The notes: a model not told the origin generated them from the sequence alone. A stretch of DNA of 64,000 nt from Cenococcum geophilum (GCA_050273025.1 CP158635.1:23994001-24058000); one strand, 5' to 3'; counted from the stretch's first letter, positions 1 through 14,100 are shown. Numbers and translations: made by a program.

Positions 1-111
1 CACCTTGTTGCCTACCACCCTCCTTGTTGTCTGCACCTACCTCGTGCATATATAGTTTCTTTTCTTACATATTTCCCAGTCAACGCGTACACTCTACCTT
101 TGATCAACGCC

Positions 112-537
112 ATGCCTCCCTCATCTACCAACGTAATTGAAGACGACGATACATCCTCCTCTGCCACTCCTGAGCTCGACCCTGATCGGTTTACCCACTC
201 TGGCGGCGACGACAACGCGTCGAGCAACTCTACACCAAATACACCAACTGTAACCACTCGTAAAAGACGCCAGTTAGCTGACCGCATATCACTAGGGAGT
301 AGCAATATTAAACGTATGGAGTGCTCAAAGAGCCGGCTACTAAATAATAACACCACCAGAGGTAGGCTTATGGCGACGAATGTAGTACAAGAGGCTTCGG
401 AGGCCTTGGTAGAATCTAGAGAGCAGTCACGAGAGAGCAGCTATTTTGAAGCTCTACCAGAGCCCGGGGGCGTACGGAGCCCGCTTTTAATTAACACACC
501 ATGCCAAGACTGTACCATATTCAATATTCAATATTAA
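112..537 (+). CDS. Possible hypothetical protein (S/T/D-rich N-terminus, RKRR basic patch); may be a truncated gene fragment
   Basis: ORF track 100..537 with first ATG at 112, in non-RIP sequence. The 3' end runs into AT-rich repeat-like sequence at ~510. No recognisable domain. Confidence 0.2.
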   Translation: MPPSSTNVIEDDDTSSSATPELDPDRFTHSGGDDNASSNSTPNTPTVTTRKRRQLADRISLGSSNIKRMECSKSRLLNNNTTRGRLMATNVVQEASEALVESREQSRESSYFEALPEPGGVRSPLLINTPCQDCTIFNIQY

Positions 538-1929
538 TATTAGTACGGCCTTATACTAATATTAAATATTAATAAGACCACTAGCCTTTTTAAGCAGAAC
601 CAAAAACTAGCTAATGAATTTTTTGCATAATAATATGAATAGCTGTAAGCACCCCAGGTTACTGCTAGCCGAAAAGGGGATTAAAGCTTTAAATCGAAAC
701 TCTGAAGAAATTGAAGGTAAATAGGAGTGGTAAAAATCCGCTTTATCCAAAACTTCCACACGAACCTCCTAATTCCCTTTCCATTTCCTTTTCCCTTAGA
801 AATACTTCATGCATATCTGGACGACTGCCTTTACTTTTGTTGAAATATGCAATTTAAATTCTAAGTAACACCTTTAGGAGGAGAAGGAACTGTTGTCGGC
901 CTGGTATTCGATCACTACTACATCAAGCTTAGTTTAGGGGCGCCTTTGACCCACCCAATTTATATATTTAATGAGGCTCTAGAGCCTCTTGCAATAGACC
1001 AAAGTTCCCATCCTTGATCGTCCTGTTCGACAACTATGTCACTATAGGACAATTTTTAGCAGGTCTAAGCCAGTTTAAAACTTCAAGTTTAGTACACAGA
1101 AGGAATATAATTAGCTTTACTCCATGTTTTGGGTCATCTGAGCAGTATTATACTCGTCTAATTTATATATATGTGAAAAGCAGAGATAAGAAGCCGGACA
1201 GGATCCGCACAGTAACTCTTGGCAGTAACTTTACTGTCCAAATCTTTTGCCAAGTTCAATTCTGCCAGTGTAAAATTAGTGGCTTAGAGCTTGTTTTTAG
1301 TGTTATAGATCTTAATCTTAAGGCCGTATATTAATTAATTAGCGTAGAGCCACTGCATTATAATTAAGCCATACTTAAATTATAATCTGCACCTGCATCG
1401 TAATCCTTAGCGTAGTGTTATATATAAAAACATTTAATTATAAGGTTTAGGAAGGGGTTATAATTTAATTAAATTGTAGATATTATAATACAAAGTCTCC
1501 GTAGTATAGTGGTACGGTAAGTTCTATAATTACTTTAATTTAATTTAGAGCTAGCCTAATATAATTATACTACTTTTCCTAAAGTTTTTAAATAGCCTAT
1601 TAGGTTATAATATAGATGTATAGGTCTAATATAACTTAGGGCGTTAAAAATAAGATAAGAATAATATAATTAATTTAAAGCCTTGTTAATACGTGATTTA
1701 ATAGATTTTTTTTTTTAAATACGCTACTAATAGGAACTAAACCCGCAACCTTCTACTACCTAATTAGGCTAAGGGCCTTAGCGGTAATATAATAAGGCTT
1801 ACAAGGCTCTGTGGCGATATAACTTAGAATCTTGTTATTGGGGAAGACGTAGTCGGATTTAGAGGTTCCTATCCCCCGTTTTAGGAGGCAGTTTCTCCTC
1901 GCTTAGGCCTATATCTGTCGCCGCTTTTA

Positions 1930-2871
1930 CGGAGGTGCGTTTCAAAAGTCTTTGCCGCCAAGAAAATTGACCACCTTGGCTCACCGCCTTCCAAATCTAG
2001 ATACCCTCCCATTTGCCCTCTTCCGCTTTAGGTGCTTTTAAGCGTCTTAGTGCCTCTATAGCACCCTCTCTATACTTGTTACCTTCTTTAAGCTTAATAA
2101 CCCTCTAGATATGCCTAATAATCCGCTTAATCTAAGCTTAAATCCTCTACTGCTTAATACCGCCCGCTATTCCTTTCTTGCAACCTCTCTATACTATAGC
2201 GCTTTCTTATACGTAGTAACCTCTTTATATACGGCTAGCAAGGCTCACGGCAATATATATCTCGTATAGTTTGTTTAAATTTTTATATTATCTTTGCAAT
2301 TTCGGTGGCTGGGATTCCATAAGCTCTAAGAGCTACAATTTAAGCCCTTATAGCTAAATTATAGTCCTCTATAGAACGTTTAGTAGTAGATCTTTTAGCA
2401 GCTATTTAGAATATTAAAAAAAACTTAAAAGTAATGGAATTATCCTGTTAAAAACAAACTTGGTAGAACGTTTAATAATGTAGTAGAAATCTACCAGCAG
2501 AAACTTGTTATACTACCTTGGCGGTAAGCTGGCTTATTATAGTTTTCTTATCTTCTATAAGTTTTTCGATAAGCTAGTTCCTATATAAATTTTTTTATAA
2601 CATAAACCTATTTTTATAACTACACCTTATATAGATTTATAATATATATAAAAGTTATAAAGAATCTTCTTAAGAAAATCTTTTATATATAAATTTTTAT
2701 AAAATAGCTTGTAATTAGATAAAGATAGTTAAGCTATAGGTTAAGAATCGGCCATATTATACCTCTATATATCTTTTTAGACTTATATAAGAAAGACCTT
2801 TAATAGATAATATCCTAATATCTAAAATTGTAAAGCGGAATATATTAATAGTGTAACTTTTCGGCACCTTA
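1930..2871 (-). mobile_element. Internally deleted, RIP-mutated Tc1/mariner-type DNA transposon
   Basis: With RIP changes reversed, the minus strand reads a transposase-like N-terminus (..RAQIVALRAYGIPATEIAKI.., ~2373-2250) joined directly to a C-terminus (EPCWPYMKRVTT..IQAWIKRIIRHIQRVIKLEGGNEYREG, ~2248-2060); the DDE core is missing. Imperfect inverted ends TA|CGGAGGTGCGTTTCAAAAGT and ACTTTTCGGCACCTTA|TA. Confidence 0.65.
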
Positions 2872-2925
2872 TACAGGAGTAACTTACTAAGGACTATAGA
2901 CACGATGCTAACTATAAGCCGCTCT

Positions 2926-2928
2926 TTT

Positions 2929-2991
<63 letters not shown>

Positions 2992-3009
2992 TTAATTTAT
3001 TTATTTTTT
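2926..3009. repeat. (TTTA)n microsatellite, the 3' tail of the ORF1-only LINE
   Basis: Directly visible tetranucleotide array abutting the left TSD copy. Confidence 0.95.
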
Positions 3010-3343
3010 ATATCCGTTGTATTATACTACGTATAATACTGCGCATGCAGCCTCTAGGCTATGGCGCTATAGTTCTATATATATAAATCCTTTCTAGGCA
3101 GCTTAATATGTACTAGTAGCTATGTCCTAGTAGTTTATAAACCCCTAAATTAGGAGTTTATAGTTTCCTAGTAAAATACTAAGATACTACAACTACTAGG
3201 GAATGAGAAAATGGTAAGAAAAACTATAAGAAATCCTAACCCCTGTCCCTGTCCTTTTGCAATTTATTTCTATCCTTTTGCTCTCTACTATCTTTTACCC
3301 AGAAGCCTAGTAGGAGTTACCTTCTTCTAGACTCCTATTAATT

Positions 3344-4942
3344 TTATTCTTCCATAGAATCTTCTACGCTAGTACTATGTACTAGTTTAGCTGCTTTAAG
3401 ATTCTCACAGTCTTTACTATTAGTAAAGTGTTTTTCTTTACAATTAATACAAAGAGGGGTGGTATGCTTGTAAGGCCTGCCACTTATTAAGTAGGTAGGA
3501 CAGCAGTGGTCTTTAGATAGATATGCAGCCGCATAATATCTATAGGCCCTAGTAGAGTATCTATCTCCTATATAGCCAAATTTTTGGCAGCTATTACACT
3601 GCGTAGTAGGAGAGACTTTGAGGTATTTTACTACCTTAGTAGCTGTACTTGCAATTGATATCTCTTTTTACTTAAGGATTTCTTATCTTTTTTCTTCGTT
3701 CTCTATAGTAAAAACTATGGAGCCAAATCTGGTCTATAGATCGTGTCTTTTTACACTAAATAAGATCTATCTAGGTAGTCCTTATATCCTTATATCCTTA
3801 TAGGATTAAAAGTCTTAATTTCTTCTTTTAGAAGCTTAGAGCCTCCTTCTCCTAAGAAAGGTAGGGTAGGAACCCTATGGGCTATAATTTAAACCCATAG
3901 TTCTAGTTTTTGTTCTCTTTAAAAGGTAAAGCAGTTATGCTAGATTTCCTTATATTTAACTAGGAAATCTGCATTATACTCTTCTATAGTCATAAGGAGA
4001 ATATTTTGTTTTCCTTTAGTTCTAGCTATAGATGCTAAAACCGGTTTTTCTACTTGCAGTTTTAATGTAAATAGTTAATTAACTTTATTTCGTATAGAGA
4101 AGGTATCTAGAGGTTAGTCCTTTTAGTCTGTAATTAGGACTAGCTTTCTTTTTTATAGCTGCTTTTTCTTACTTCTAGTAGAAGTAGAAGGAGTAGGAAA
4201 TGGTAGTGACGAGGAGGGTAGAGAGGACGAAGTAAGGAGGTCCTTTTTTAGCCTCTCTACGTAGGTTTCTTTAGTAGGGGCTACCTCCTTATAGAGAGCT
4301 CTTACTTCTTTAACTAGTCCTTTTAGGACATCTTTTGTCTTTTCTTTTCCTTTTATAAAGGGATTTTCTCCTACTAGAACACTACGTGTATAGTCCTCTA
4401 GCTATTTAACTTATTCCTTTTTATCTTCTTCTTTTTCTTTTTCTAGCCCTTTATAGGCCTGGGTTAGGCTATCTAAAGCCTTTTATAGGTGTTGTTCTGG
4501 AGAAAGGGGAGAGAAAGATATACTAGGTATACCAGCCGTAAAAGTTATCAGTTTAGTTGTCTTTTTTGCAGGTTTTTGGTTTTCTTTTTCAGTAGAAGAC
4601 TGAGGATGTCCTCTTTTTTCTCCTGTCCCAAATAGGCTAGGAGAAGGAGAAGGGCTAGAAAAAGTGAATGTAGATATAGGCTTATTATCACTTATTTCTA
4701 TAGGTTTCTTTTTAGGCCTACTAGGCCTTAGCATTGTGTCTCTTATAAGGGGGTTTTCCTAGTTTTTACTATCCTTATACCCTTTCTCCTTACTAATCCT
4801 ACTAGAAGATTTCTGGGGAGATTAGGCTAAGAGGTAGTAGGGAAACTAGCCCCTATTTTATAGTTTTGGTATTGGTGGTATTGGTAGTAGTAGTAGTAGT
4901 TTTAGTATTCCTGTCTGTGCCTCGCTTATAAGCTAGGGCCAT
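3344..4942 (-). pseudogene. LINE ORF1 (gag-like) pseudogene with coiled-coil region and Cys/His zinc knuckles
   Basis: Minus strand ~3600-3400 reads QCNSCQKFG(H)IGDR(C)..CINCKEKHFTNSKDC (CX2CX4HX4C type once RIP changes are reversed). The ORF-track piece 4483..4734 continues into KALDSLTQAYKGLEKEKEEDKK. RIP stops and at least one frameshift; start position approximate. Confidence 0.7.
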
Positions 4943-5640
4943 CCTTAGAGAAATTTTTCTGTTAGGAGAAAGGGGGTAAAACGACAAATAAATCCACTTC
5001 TAGCTCGCTAGGCAATAGGAATTAGGTCTTGAAAGTTAGAAAATCGATAGTTTTTGATGGTAAGATGGGTATGCGTAAGTTTTGGAGTGTGGCGCTACCT
5101 TTTGGTAAGGTTGTATGTGTGGTAAAGGCTTTTATAAGCCGCTCTATATTAAAGGCGTATAAGAAGCGCCTTTTAAAAACTAGCTATTTTTATATAGATA
5201 TACGTTTATTATAAAGGCTATAGAGAAGGTAAATATCTAGTCTCCACGCTATAAGAATTAAGTATATAATTATATATATCCTCTTTTGGGCAAATATATT
5301 CCTATCTATTTTAGAGTAATTAACCTTAAGCTTCTATACTACTATAATAGCGGGGTATACGCTTATATACTATTCCTTAGCTAAGTTAGACAACTTATCT
5401 TTAATAATTTTGTTGGAATGTATATATTGGAATGTATGGACAGGTTGCGTAGTTGTGTGTCCCTAATTAGTCATCCTTATGGTGACTCATCAACCCCCCC
5501 CTATTTAGGCACTGCGATCCTTACGATCCTCTGCGAAGGACAGACACGAATGAATTAAGAACCAGTTACCTTATATTGCAATTGCAGTACCCCCCCGGGT
5601 GATACCGACAAATTTAAATCGGGATATAGAGGTATGTATT

Positions 5641-5829
5641 CTAGAGAAGGTAACTAAAGCACTATAAGCGCTATATAGACTAAACGTGCTATAGAGGGAC
5701 GTAGAGCCGCGTAATATACTATTAAACGACTAGTATAGTAAACTAATACTAGTTAACCTCAAACGTGCTAAGATAAGAGTTTAGTAGGCTTTAAGTATAA
5801 TTATAGCAAATAAGAAGAGAAAACGCGAA
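5641..5829 (+). pseudogene. RIP-degraded protein-kinase-like fragment
   Basis: Frame from 5641: LEKVTKAL*ALYRLNVL*RDVEPRNILLND*YSKLILVNLKRAKIRV**ALSIIIANKKRKRE. This resembles an RDxxPRN catalytic loop plus a VDLERAE (DFG-equivalent) motif after reversing RIP changes. Confidence 0.5.
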
Positions 5830-5999
5830 GAAGAAATAAAAGGCTAACTCTAAGGGATAATTTCCTTAATAAGATGCGAACTACTAGGGCCAGAATTTCT
5901 TAATATATTAGATAATACTCTTAGATTTATAAGATAAGTTAGCAGTATATAATAGCATAAGGAGGTAAAAGGGTTTTATATAAATAGGTTTAGTAGGTA

Positions 6000-6345
6000 C
6001 AGTCAAAACTCTTTATAACGATGCGGGTCGTACGGCCGACCGTATCGTAATACCAATGGTATTGTTATACATAGAGTCACGTGTTAGGTTAATAAGCAGG
6101 AAAAGGAGGCTGATGCGTGGCTAGGCATCCCAAAAGGGCGTAGGGCGTCTACTTCACGGGCCAAGTAGGACCCCTCCCATACAAAATCTCTACTGGTTAT
6201 AACGATTTTGGTAGAGAAAACTTAACGATATTGTGAATAGTCAGTATATCGTAATATCACACCAAAAATATTTTGATTAAGGGGTGTAGATCGTAATATA
6301 GAGTATATCGTTGTAATCAAATATCGTACTAAAGAGTTTCGACTG
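6000..6345. mobile_element. MITE (Tc1/pogo-type), 346 bp
   Basis: TIRs CAGTCAAAACTCTTTATAACGAT and ATCGTACTAAAGAGTTTCGACTG, with TA on both sides (5998-5999, 6346-6347). Confidence 0.85.
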
Positions 6346-8165
6346 TACTATAACTAGACCTAGAAACCTATATAACCTCTTTAATAAATAAAGCGATTAA
6401 GTCTCTTTAAATAGATAATATATATACGCCTTACGGTTTCTAATAGTAGGAGTAAAAATAGATAGTCACTAGTACTTTATAACTACCTACTATCACGGTA
6501 TAAGTATAAGCGACGATAATATATAGTAAAGTAGATATTATTAAGCTATATATATAAACTGTGTAATAAGATTAAGACGTTGCGTAAGGAAAGAAGGTAG
6601 GAAAATAGGAAGAAAGGGTATATATTGTGGACTTAGTTGCTTAGTTAATATATATATAGAGCAGAATAGAGTTTAGGTGGTAGTCCTAGTAGAACTTAGT
6701 AGAATATGGCAGAATGCGGCAGATTACTATTAGATTGCCGCAGACTGCTATTAGATTGCCGTCTCGTAGTTAGTCTTAAGTTGCTAAGTTAGTAGAAATA
6801 GGTAGGCGTGTATAAGGTGTTACAAGGGTGTCCTATAATAGTACCCCCCCCTTTAAACTTAAGCTTCTGCAAGATAGGGCTATAGTAGTTCTAGGTAGAG
6901 TTTATAAAAGTCTTTTATAGCTTATATAAGTCCTATAGAGTTAACGGGTTCCTATAAGGGCTTAATAAAGCCTCTTCATTTTATAAGATATATATATTAG
7001 CATTTCCATTTATTATACTTAATATCATTAATTCTTTTAATAAAGTACTCATTCTTACTATCTACTTTAACTAGTAGGGGAGGGTCTTATATCTATCTAG
7101 GCAGGGCGTCTAATATAGGGGTAGTAGGGTAGAGGACTAACGTGTGGAATATAGGGTGGATTTTAACTATATTAGAGAGCTTTAATTAGTAGGAGTAAGA
7201 GGAGACGACCTTCTTAACTTTATAAGGGCCAGCGTTCTTCTAATTAAGTTTCTTAGTAGGTTATTTTATGTTTAGATTTCTTATATCTAGCTAGATAAAG
7301 TTACTAATTTAGTAAACTAGTGCTAGGGTTTGTTTCTTATTCGCTACGGCTTTATAGATAAATTAAGCCTATATTATTTCATTAGTAAGAAACTGTTATA
7401 ATTTCTCTATCTTTTCTATAAATTTATTTGCTTTTATAACTTATAAGGCGTAATAAGCGGGGTAAATGACGTTACTAAAGGGTTTAAAACCTATTTGTAG
7501 ATGCTAGTTATAATTAGCTAAGAATAGGGAGACCTTTATAGTTTTTAAGACGGAATTATTTATAGTAAACTTAGTAAATATAAGCCAGTTAATCTAGTTA
7601 TCTTATAAATATAACGTGTATATCTGGATATACTATTCTATTATAGTATTTATACATTTTATTTAACTATTCGTTTTTGGGTGGTATGCTATAAACAGTA
7701 GTGCTTTAACATAGAGTTAGGTAGTTAGTTTTTTCTAAAATATAGAGATAAACTAGCTACCTTTATTAGAGATAATTATTTTAGGGAGTCCGTGGAGTTT
7801 CTATACGTAATTTAGAAATAGTTAAGTAATAGTACGTGTTAATATATTAGAGCAGGCGATTAAGTATCTTATCTTAAATAGTTAGTCTATAATTACTATA
7901 ATATTTATACAGCCCTTACTTATGGGGAGGTTAATAATAAAGTTAATTAAGATATCCTTGTATCTTTAGTCCGGAATAGGTAGTAGCTTTAGTAGGCCAT
8001 TATACGTCTTATATAAAGCTTTAGCTTATTAATAGATATAGCAGCTAGAGACGTATCTTCCTATTATATTATATATATTTAGCTAGTAATACTCTTATTA
8101 GAGTAGCTTTAGGGTTTTTTCTTAGCCTAGGTGGCTAGCTACTAGTAGGTTATATATATATTTAA

Positions 8166-11100
8166 TATTATAGAGTAAATATAAGCGGCGATAATATATA
8201 TAGCAAGGTAGATATTATTAAGCTATATACATAAACTGTATAAAGAGGTTAAGACGTTACGTAAGGAGAGAAAGTAAGAAAACGGGAAGAAAGGGTATCC
8301 CTTGCAACGTCAGGGTCCTTAAAGTAAGTGGTCCGTGCGTGAACACCACTTATTTCTAAGTACGGGCACCAAATTCAGCCAATCCTATTAGTTGGTTCTT
8401 ATCGATAACCTAAGGACCCGAATTGACGTTGCAAGGGATATATTATTAGCTTTGTTGCTTAGTTAATATATATATAGAGCAGAATAGGATTTAAGTAGTA
8501 GTTCTAGCAAAACTTAACAGGATTTAGTAGAACTTAGCGGGGTGTAGTAGAATATAGCAGCTTACCGTTAGATTGCCGCAAATTGCCGTTTTATAGTCAG
8601 TCTTTAGTTACTAAGTTGGTAAAAACAGGTAGACGTATATAAGGTATTATAGGGGTATCCTATAACAGTACCCCCCCTTTAAACTTAAGCTTCTACGAAA
8701 TAGAGCTATAGTAGTTCTAGGTAAAGTTTATAAAAGTCTTCTACGGCTTATATAAGTCCTATAGAGTTAATAGGTTCCTATAAGGGCTTAATAAAGTCTC
8801 TCTATTTTATAAAATATATATATTAGCGTTTTTGTTTATTATACTTAATGTTATTAATTCTTTTAATAAAGTACTCATTTTCACTATCTATTTTAACTGG
8901 TAGGGAAGGGGTTTATATTTATCTGGGCAGGGCGTTTAATACAGAAGTAGTAGGGTAGAGGACTAACGTATAGAATACAGGGTGGATTTTAACCGTATTA
9001 GGGAGCTTTAGTTAGTAGGCGTAGGAGAAGATAACCTTCTTAACCTTATAAGGGCCAGCGTTCTTCTAATTAAGCTCTTTAATAGGTCGCTTTGTGTTTA
9101 GATTTCTTATATTTAGCTAAATAAAGTTACTAATTTAATAGGCCGGTGCTAGGGTTTATTTCTTATTCACTACGGCTTTATAAATAAATTAGGCCTATAT
9201 TATCTTATTAGTAAAGGAATTATTATAGTTCCTCTATCTTTTTTATAAATTTATTTACTTCTATAACTTATAAGGCGTAATAAGTGGGGCGGGGAATATT
9301 ACTAAAATGTTTAAAACCCATTTATAGATACTAGCTATAGTTAGCTAGGAATTGGGAGACCTTTATAGTTTTTAAGACGAAATTATTTACGGTAAACTCG
9401 GCGAATATAAGCCAGTTAATCTAATTATCTTATAAGTATAACGTGTATATCCGAATATACTATTCTATTATAGCATTTATATATTCTATTTAACCATCTA
9501 TTTCTAGGTAGTATTCCATAGATAATAGTGCTTTAATACGGAATTAGGTAGTTAGTTCTTTCTAAAATATAGAGATAAACTAGCTATCTCTGTTAAAAAT
9601 AATCGTTTTAGGGAGTCCGTAGAGTTTCTATACATAATCCAGAAATAGTTAGGCAACGGCAGGTATTAATATATTAGGGCAGGCGATTAAATATCTTATC
9701 TTAGCTAGTCGGTCTATAACTACTATAATATTTATGCAGCCCTTACTTACAGGGAGGTCAATAATAAAGTTAATTAAGATATCCTTCTATCTTCGGTCCA
9801 GAATAGGCAGTAGCTTTAAAAGGCCGTTATACGTCTTATATAAAACTTTAGCTTGTTGGTAAATATAGCAGCTAGAGATGTACCTTTATATTATATTATA
9901 TTTTATATATTCGGCTAATAGTACTCTCGTTAGAGTAGTTCTAGGGGTTTTCCTTAGCCTAGGTGGTTAGCTATTAGTATATCGTATACATATTTAAGAA
10001 GCTTAAGCTTAAGTTCGTTATAGTTAGGGATAACTAAACGGTTTTAGTAATATAAGCGGTTTCTACAAGCTTTACATTTACTTAAAGAGATCTTCTTAGA
10101 GCGTCTAACGCTATTATAGATTAGCTTAAGCGTCTCTTAAATAAACTCGTTACTTAGGTATTCATTAATTATAATTTATTTAATTAATTAATTAGTTATT
10201 TTAAGGATGTATACCGTAAGGTCTTTAGCAGAAGGGTTAAAGAGTTTAGGATAAAGTAGGGTCTAGTTCTAGTAAGAGCGCGCTTTTTTTGTTGCTAGCG
10301 CGTCTTATAAATATTAGGTTAGAGTATTAGGCTTCTAACCTTAAACGCCTAGGCGATATATAATTAAGAATTAGAAACGGGATAGATATTCTAACCAGCG
10401 GGCCTAATAATAGCTTAGCTGTTTTGTAGTTATAAAGTACTATAGGTTTTTATAGCTACTAAGGACCTTAATTAAAAATCTAGCGCCTTTTAGTTTAGGT
10501 CGCTATTGTTTAAAACATCTAATAATGGCTAGTAACTCCTTATCGTAAATCTTATAGTTATATTTAGCTAGGCTTAGTTATTTTAAGTAGTATACTATAG
10601 GGTATAATACTCCATCTTTATTATATTAAGATAGAATGCCTCTAGTAATATAGTTAGATAAGTTAGCTTCTATAACACTTATTCGGTTTAGGTCGAAGTA
10701 TTAAAGTATAGGCGTAGTAGTAAATATAGCCTTTAGATAAATAAAGGCCTTCTTATATTCCTTATTAAAGATAAAGGCTTTATCCTTTTAGGTTAGAGCT
10801 ATAAGAGGTAAAACTAGGGTGGAGAATTTGTTAATAAACTATTAGTAGAAATTGGCAAATCTTATAAAGGCTCTTACATCCTTAACGTTCTCGGGTTCTT
10901 ACCAGTTTACAATTACTTTAACTTTCTTTAGGTCCATTTATATACTATTTATAGAAATAAAAAGCCCAAAGTATAGGACTTCTCTTTTATAGAATTTGTA
11001 TTTATTTATATTTAATTATAGACTAGCTCCTTATAGGGCTTATAGGATAAGATTAATATATTTCCGGTATTCGGCTAGGTTATTACTATATATTAGGACA

Positions 11101-14100
11101 TTGTTAATATAAGTAGTATAGAAGATATCTAGGTAAAGATATAGGGTATTATTTATGTAATATTAAAACGAGCTTAGAGCGTTTATAAGGCCAAAGGGTA
11201 TTACTAAGTACTTAAATAATCTATATTGGGTACGAAATATAGTAAGCTATTTATCTCCTTTTATAATACGGAGGCGGTTAAATGCAGAGATAATATTAAG
11301 CTTTATGTAGAAGCGAGCCTTACTTAGTTAGTTTAGTGTCTCTTATATTAGCAGGATTGGATATTAATCCTTAATAGTAACGGCGTTAAGAGCTTAGTAG
11401 TCTATATAGAAGCGTAAACTACCACTAGGTTTCTTAACGAAGATTACTAGCGCGGCTATAGGCGACGAGCTTGCTCTATTAAATCCTTTACTTAGGTTCT
11501 CGTCTAAATACTTTTATAACACTTAGAGTTTATTTTAGGACATCCTATATAAGGGTCTAAATCTAGGCTGCTTTCCTTCTTTAAGTATAATCTTATAGTC
11601 GTATAGTTAGTGTTTTGGTAGCTTATTAGCTTCCTTTTATAAGAATACCTCTAGGCGGTTATAGTACTCTACTAGTACCTTTATAGCAGGGTTAGTGTAC
11701 TTCTTTAGTGCTAAGGCCTTCTTAATATTAGCTATAGTAATAGCAAAGATCGTATATTTAGGTTTCTTAGTAAGTTATACTAATAGAGTAGCTCTAATTA
11801 TGCGGATATTTAGGGTGCTAAGCTCGCTCAGATTATCTATAATTTCTTATTAAGGTTTAGGTTTAGTATTAGGTATGGAGTCAGTATTAAATTCGGGTTT
11901 AGGTTCTTTAAGAATCCTTTTTATAGTAGAATACTAGTCCTTCTAGTATTTTCGTGTATTAAGCTTAAGCTTCCGCTTAGCCTAGGGTGATATAGTACTT
12001 ATTAATAACTTATAGAATTTAGTAGAGTTTTCAGATCCTTAGTAAATGTTAGTGGAATTCTCATATTAGTGGAATCTAGTAGATTCCTTAGGCGTAGGAT
12101 GGACATTAGTGGAAATCTTACGTTGGTAGAATTTAGTGGAATTCCTAGGTTAGTAGAATTTAGTAAATTCCTCGGGTATAGGGTGGACAGTTATAGAAAT
12201 TTTAGGCTAGTAAATTCTAGTAGATTTTTCAGATTTCGGTTTTAGGTTTAAGCAGTAAGTTATAAAGCACTTCTGCTTATAACGGAAGGCGGTAAATAGA
12301 AGCTTAAGGTTGCCCTAATTAATAGTCACCTTATATAGCTTTATCTAGGGTTATTTAAGAATTACTAGGTAACCTAGAGTAGTAACAAAAAGCTTAATTA
12401 GTTCTTTATAGTTTAGGTATTAGAGTCTTAGGTATACTACGTAGGTAATTCAGCCTAAGACCGTACGTTTACTATTAAATTTAAATACTTTAATATACTA
12501 GTTAAGGGGGGTTAGGGTAAAACCATTACTTACGCAAAAATCTTATTAATAAATCCTATATTACTAGCTCCTATATTAATTAGGACTTAAGCATTAGCCT
12601 ATTAATTATTCTGCCAAAAATAATAGTTAACGGTTATGCTATAATCCTAAGAGTTAGAGTTCGTAACATCTAAAGTATTTAACGAGATCCTAAGGCAGAG
12701 CCGTTCTAAAGAGCGACTTAACTCTAAAACATGCCTTTTAGTGGTAAGTAAGAAGGGGTTTCTATAGAACATCGGTTATAGCTTCGCCCTTATAAGTAGT
12801 ACTTACTAGATATAGGGCTAGAACTAGGTAAAGATTAGGGGCAGTAACCGGAAGATTAATGCAGTAAACGGTTGCTAGTATTAGCTGTTTATAAATTGTG
12901 TTTAGGCATAGGGATAGAGTAGTAGTTAAAGAGGTAGGAGTTACTTCTATATTTAAAGCAGAGGCCTAGCTTAATACATTATTCTTATTTAGAGGACCCT
13001 AGAAGGGCATATCCTAGGGTTTTAGTATTAATATCTATAGCGTCAGGGTGCTTAAACTAAGATAACTTAGTAAACGTTCGCAGGGCTGTCGTATTATATT
13101 AAGGAGCGTATTTCGGTATTAGGCGTAGTATATTATTATACTATTTATTAATAACGTTTGTATAGGCATTAAGAGCTCCTATTAGGGATGTTTTTAGTTT
13201 AGGGCTTAGGGATTTAATAAGGCTGTTAACTAGTACAGAGTCATTCTAGCCAGTTTCCTTTACATAATGGTTAAATTCGGAAAAGTATACTAGGAAACTT
13301 TTCGTTCCTTAAGCTATATAGTTTATTTTCCTTTAAGCAGTAGCTTAGTGGTTTAGGTTACTATATATAGCTTTAAGAAGTATAACTAGGCTTTATACTA
13401 AGTTCGGCTAAAGAGGTTTAATAAGGTTAGCTACCTTTTCTCCTAGTTAACTTAGGGCGTAATAGAGTCGGTTAGCTTTAGTTAAGTAGCAGTTAGCGTT
13501 ACCAGTTAACTTATTTTTAGGCTAGCTTAGAAATAATTAAAGCTTTTATTATTTACCGGTAAATACTAAGGGGTTAGGTAGCCGTTTGGATTATTATAAT
13601 ATAGTAGTTAGTTTAGGGTAGACAGCTGCTATAGGTTCGGGGCTTATATTCCGCATATTTATCTCTAAAGATAGTATTTGGTCTTAAGGCCCTAACGTAA
13701 GCATCTTAAGTATGCAGATTTCTTCTTAGAGGTCCTTAATTAATTGCTAGTATTATACTTCTTATTTAGCTTATTATTAATTTAAAATGGCTTAATTATA
13801 TATAAGGGCGTCTATAAAAGACTTCTATATCCCTACTAATTATTCTTAAAGTGCGGATATAATGCTAGTAGCTATTATAGGAGTTTCGGGTTCGTTCTAT
13901 ATATTAATAGTAGTATAGGTAGTTAATGTAATATAGTATTACGGAGTAAGTATAAGTAGTGATAATATATATAGTAAGGTAGATATTATTAAGCTATATA
14001 TATAAACTATATAAGGAGGTTAAGACGTTATATAAGGAGAGAAGGTAGGAAAATAGGAAGAAAGGGTATATATTATTAGCTTAGTTGCTTAGTTAATATA

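Larger units (their letters stand above)
2926..5132 (-). mobile_element. Non-autonomous LINE derivative encoding only ORF1, with a (TAAA)n 3' tail
   Basis: 13-bp TSD TATAAGCCGCTCT at 2913-2925 and 5133-5145. (TTTA)n on + at the left end is the 3' tail. Degenerate ORF1 with zinc knuckles; no room for an endonuclease/RT ORF2. Confidence 0.8.

Noticed and set aside
505..577. AT-rich imperfect inverted repeat resembling a DNA-transposon end
   Set aside because: No partner end or TSD found in the window; low complexity.
1480..1503. TIR-like end ..TATAATACAAAGTCTCCG|TA
   Set aside because: The matching opposite terminus could not be located, so no element is called.
1706..1760. T-run plus a sequence faintly like a tRNA T-arm on the minus strand
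   Set aside because: It does not match GGTTCGA even after reversing RIP, and no cloverleaf forms.
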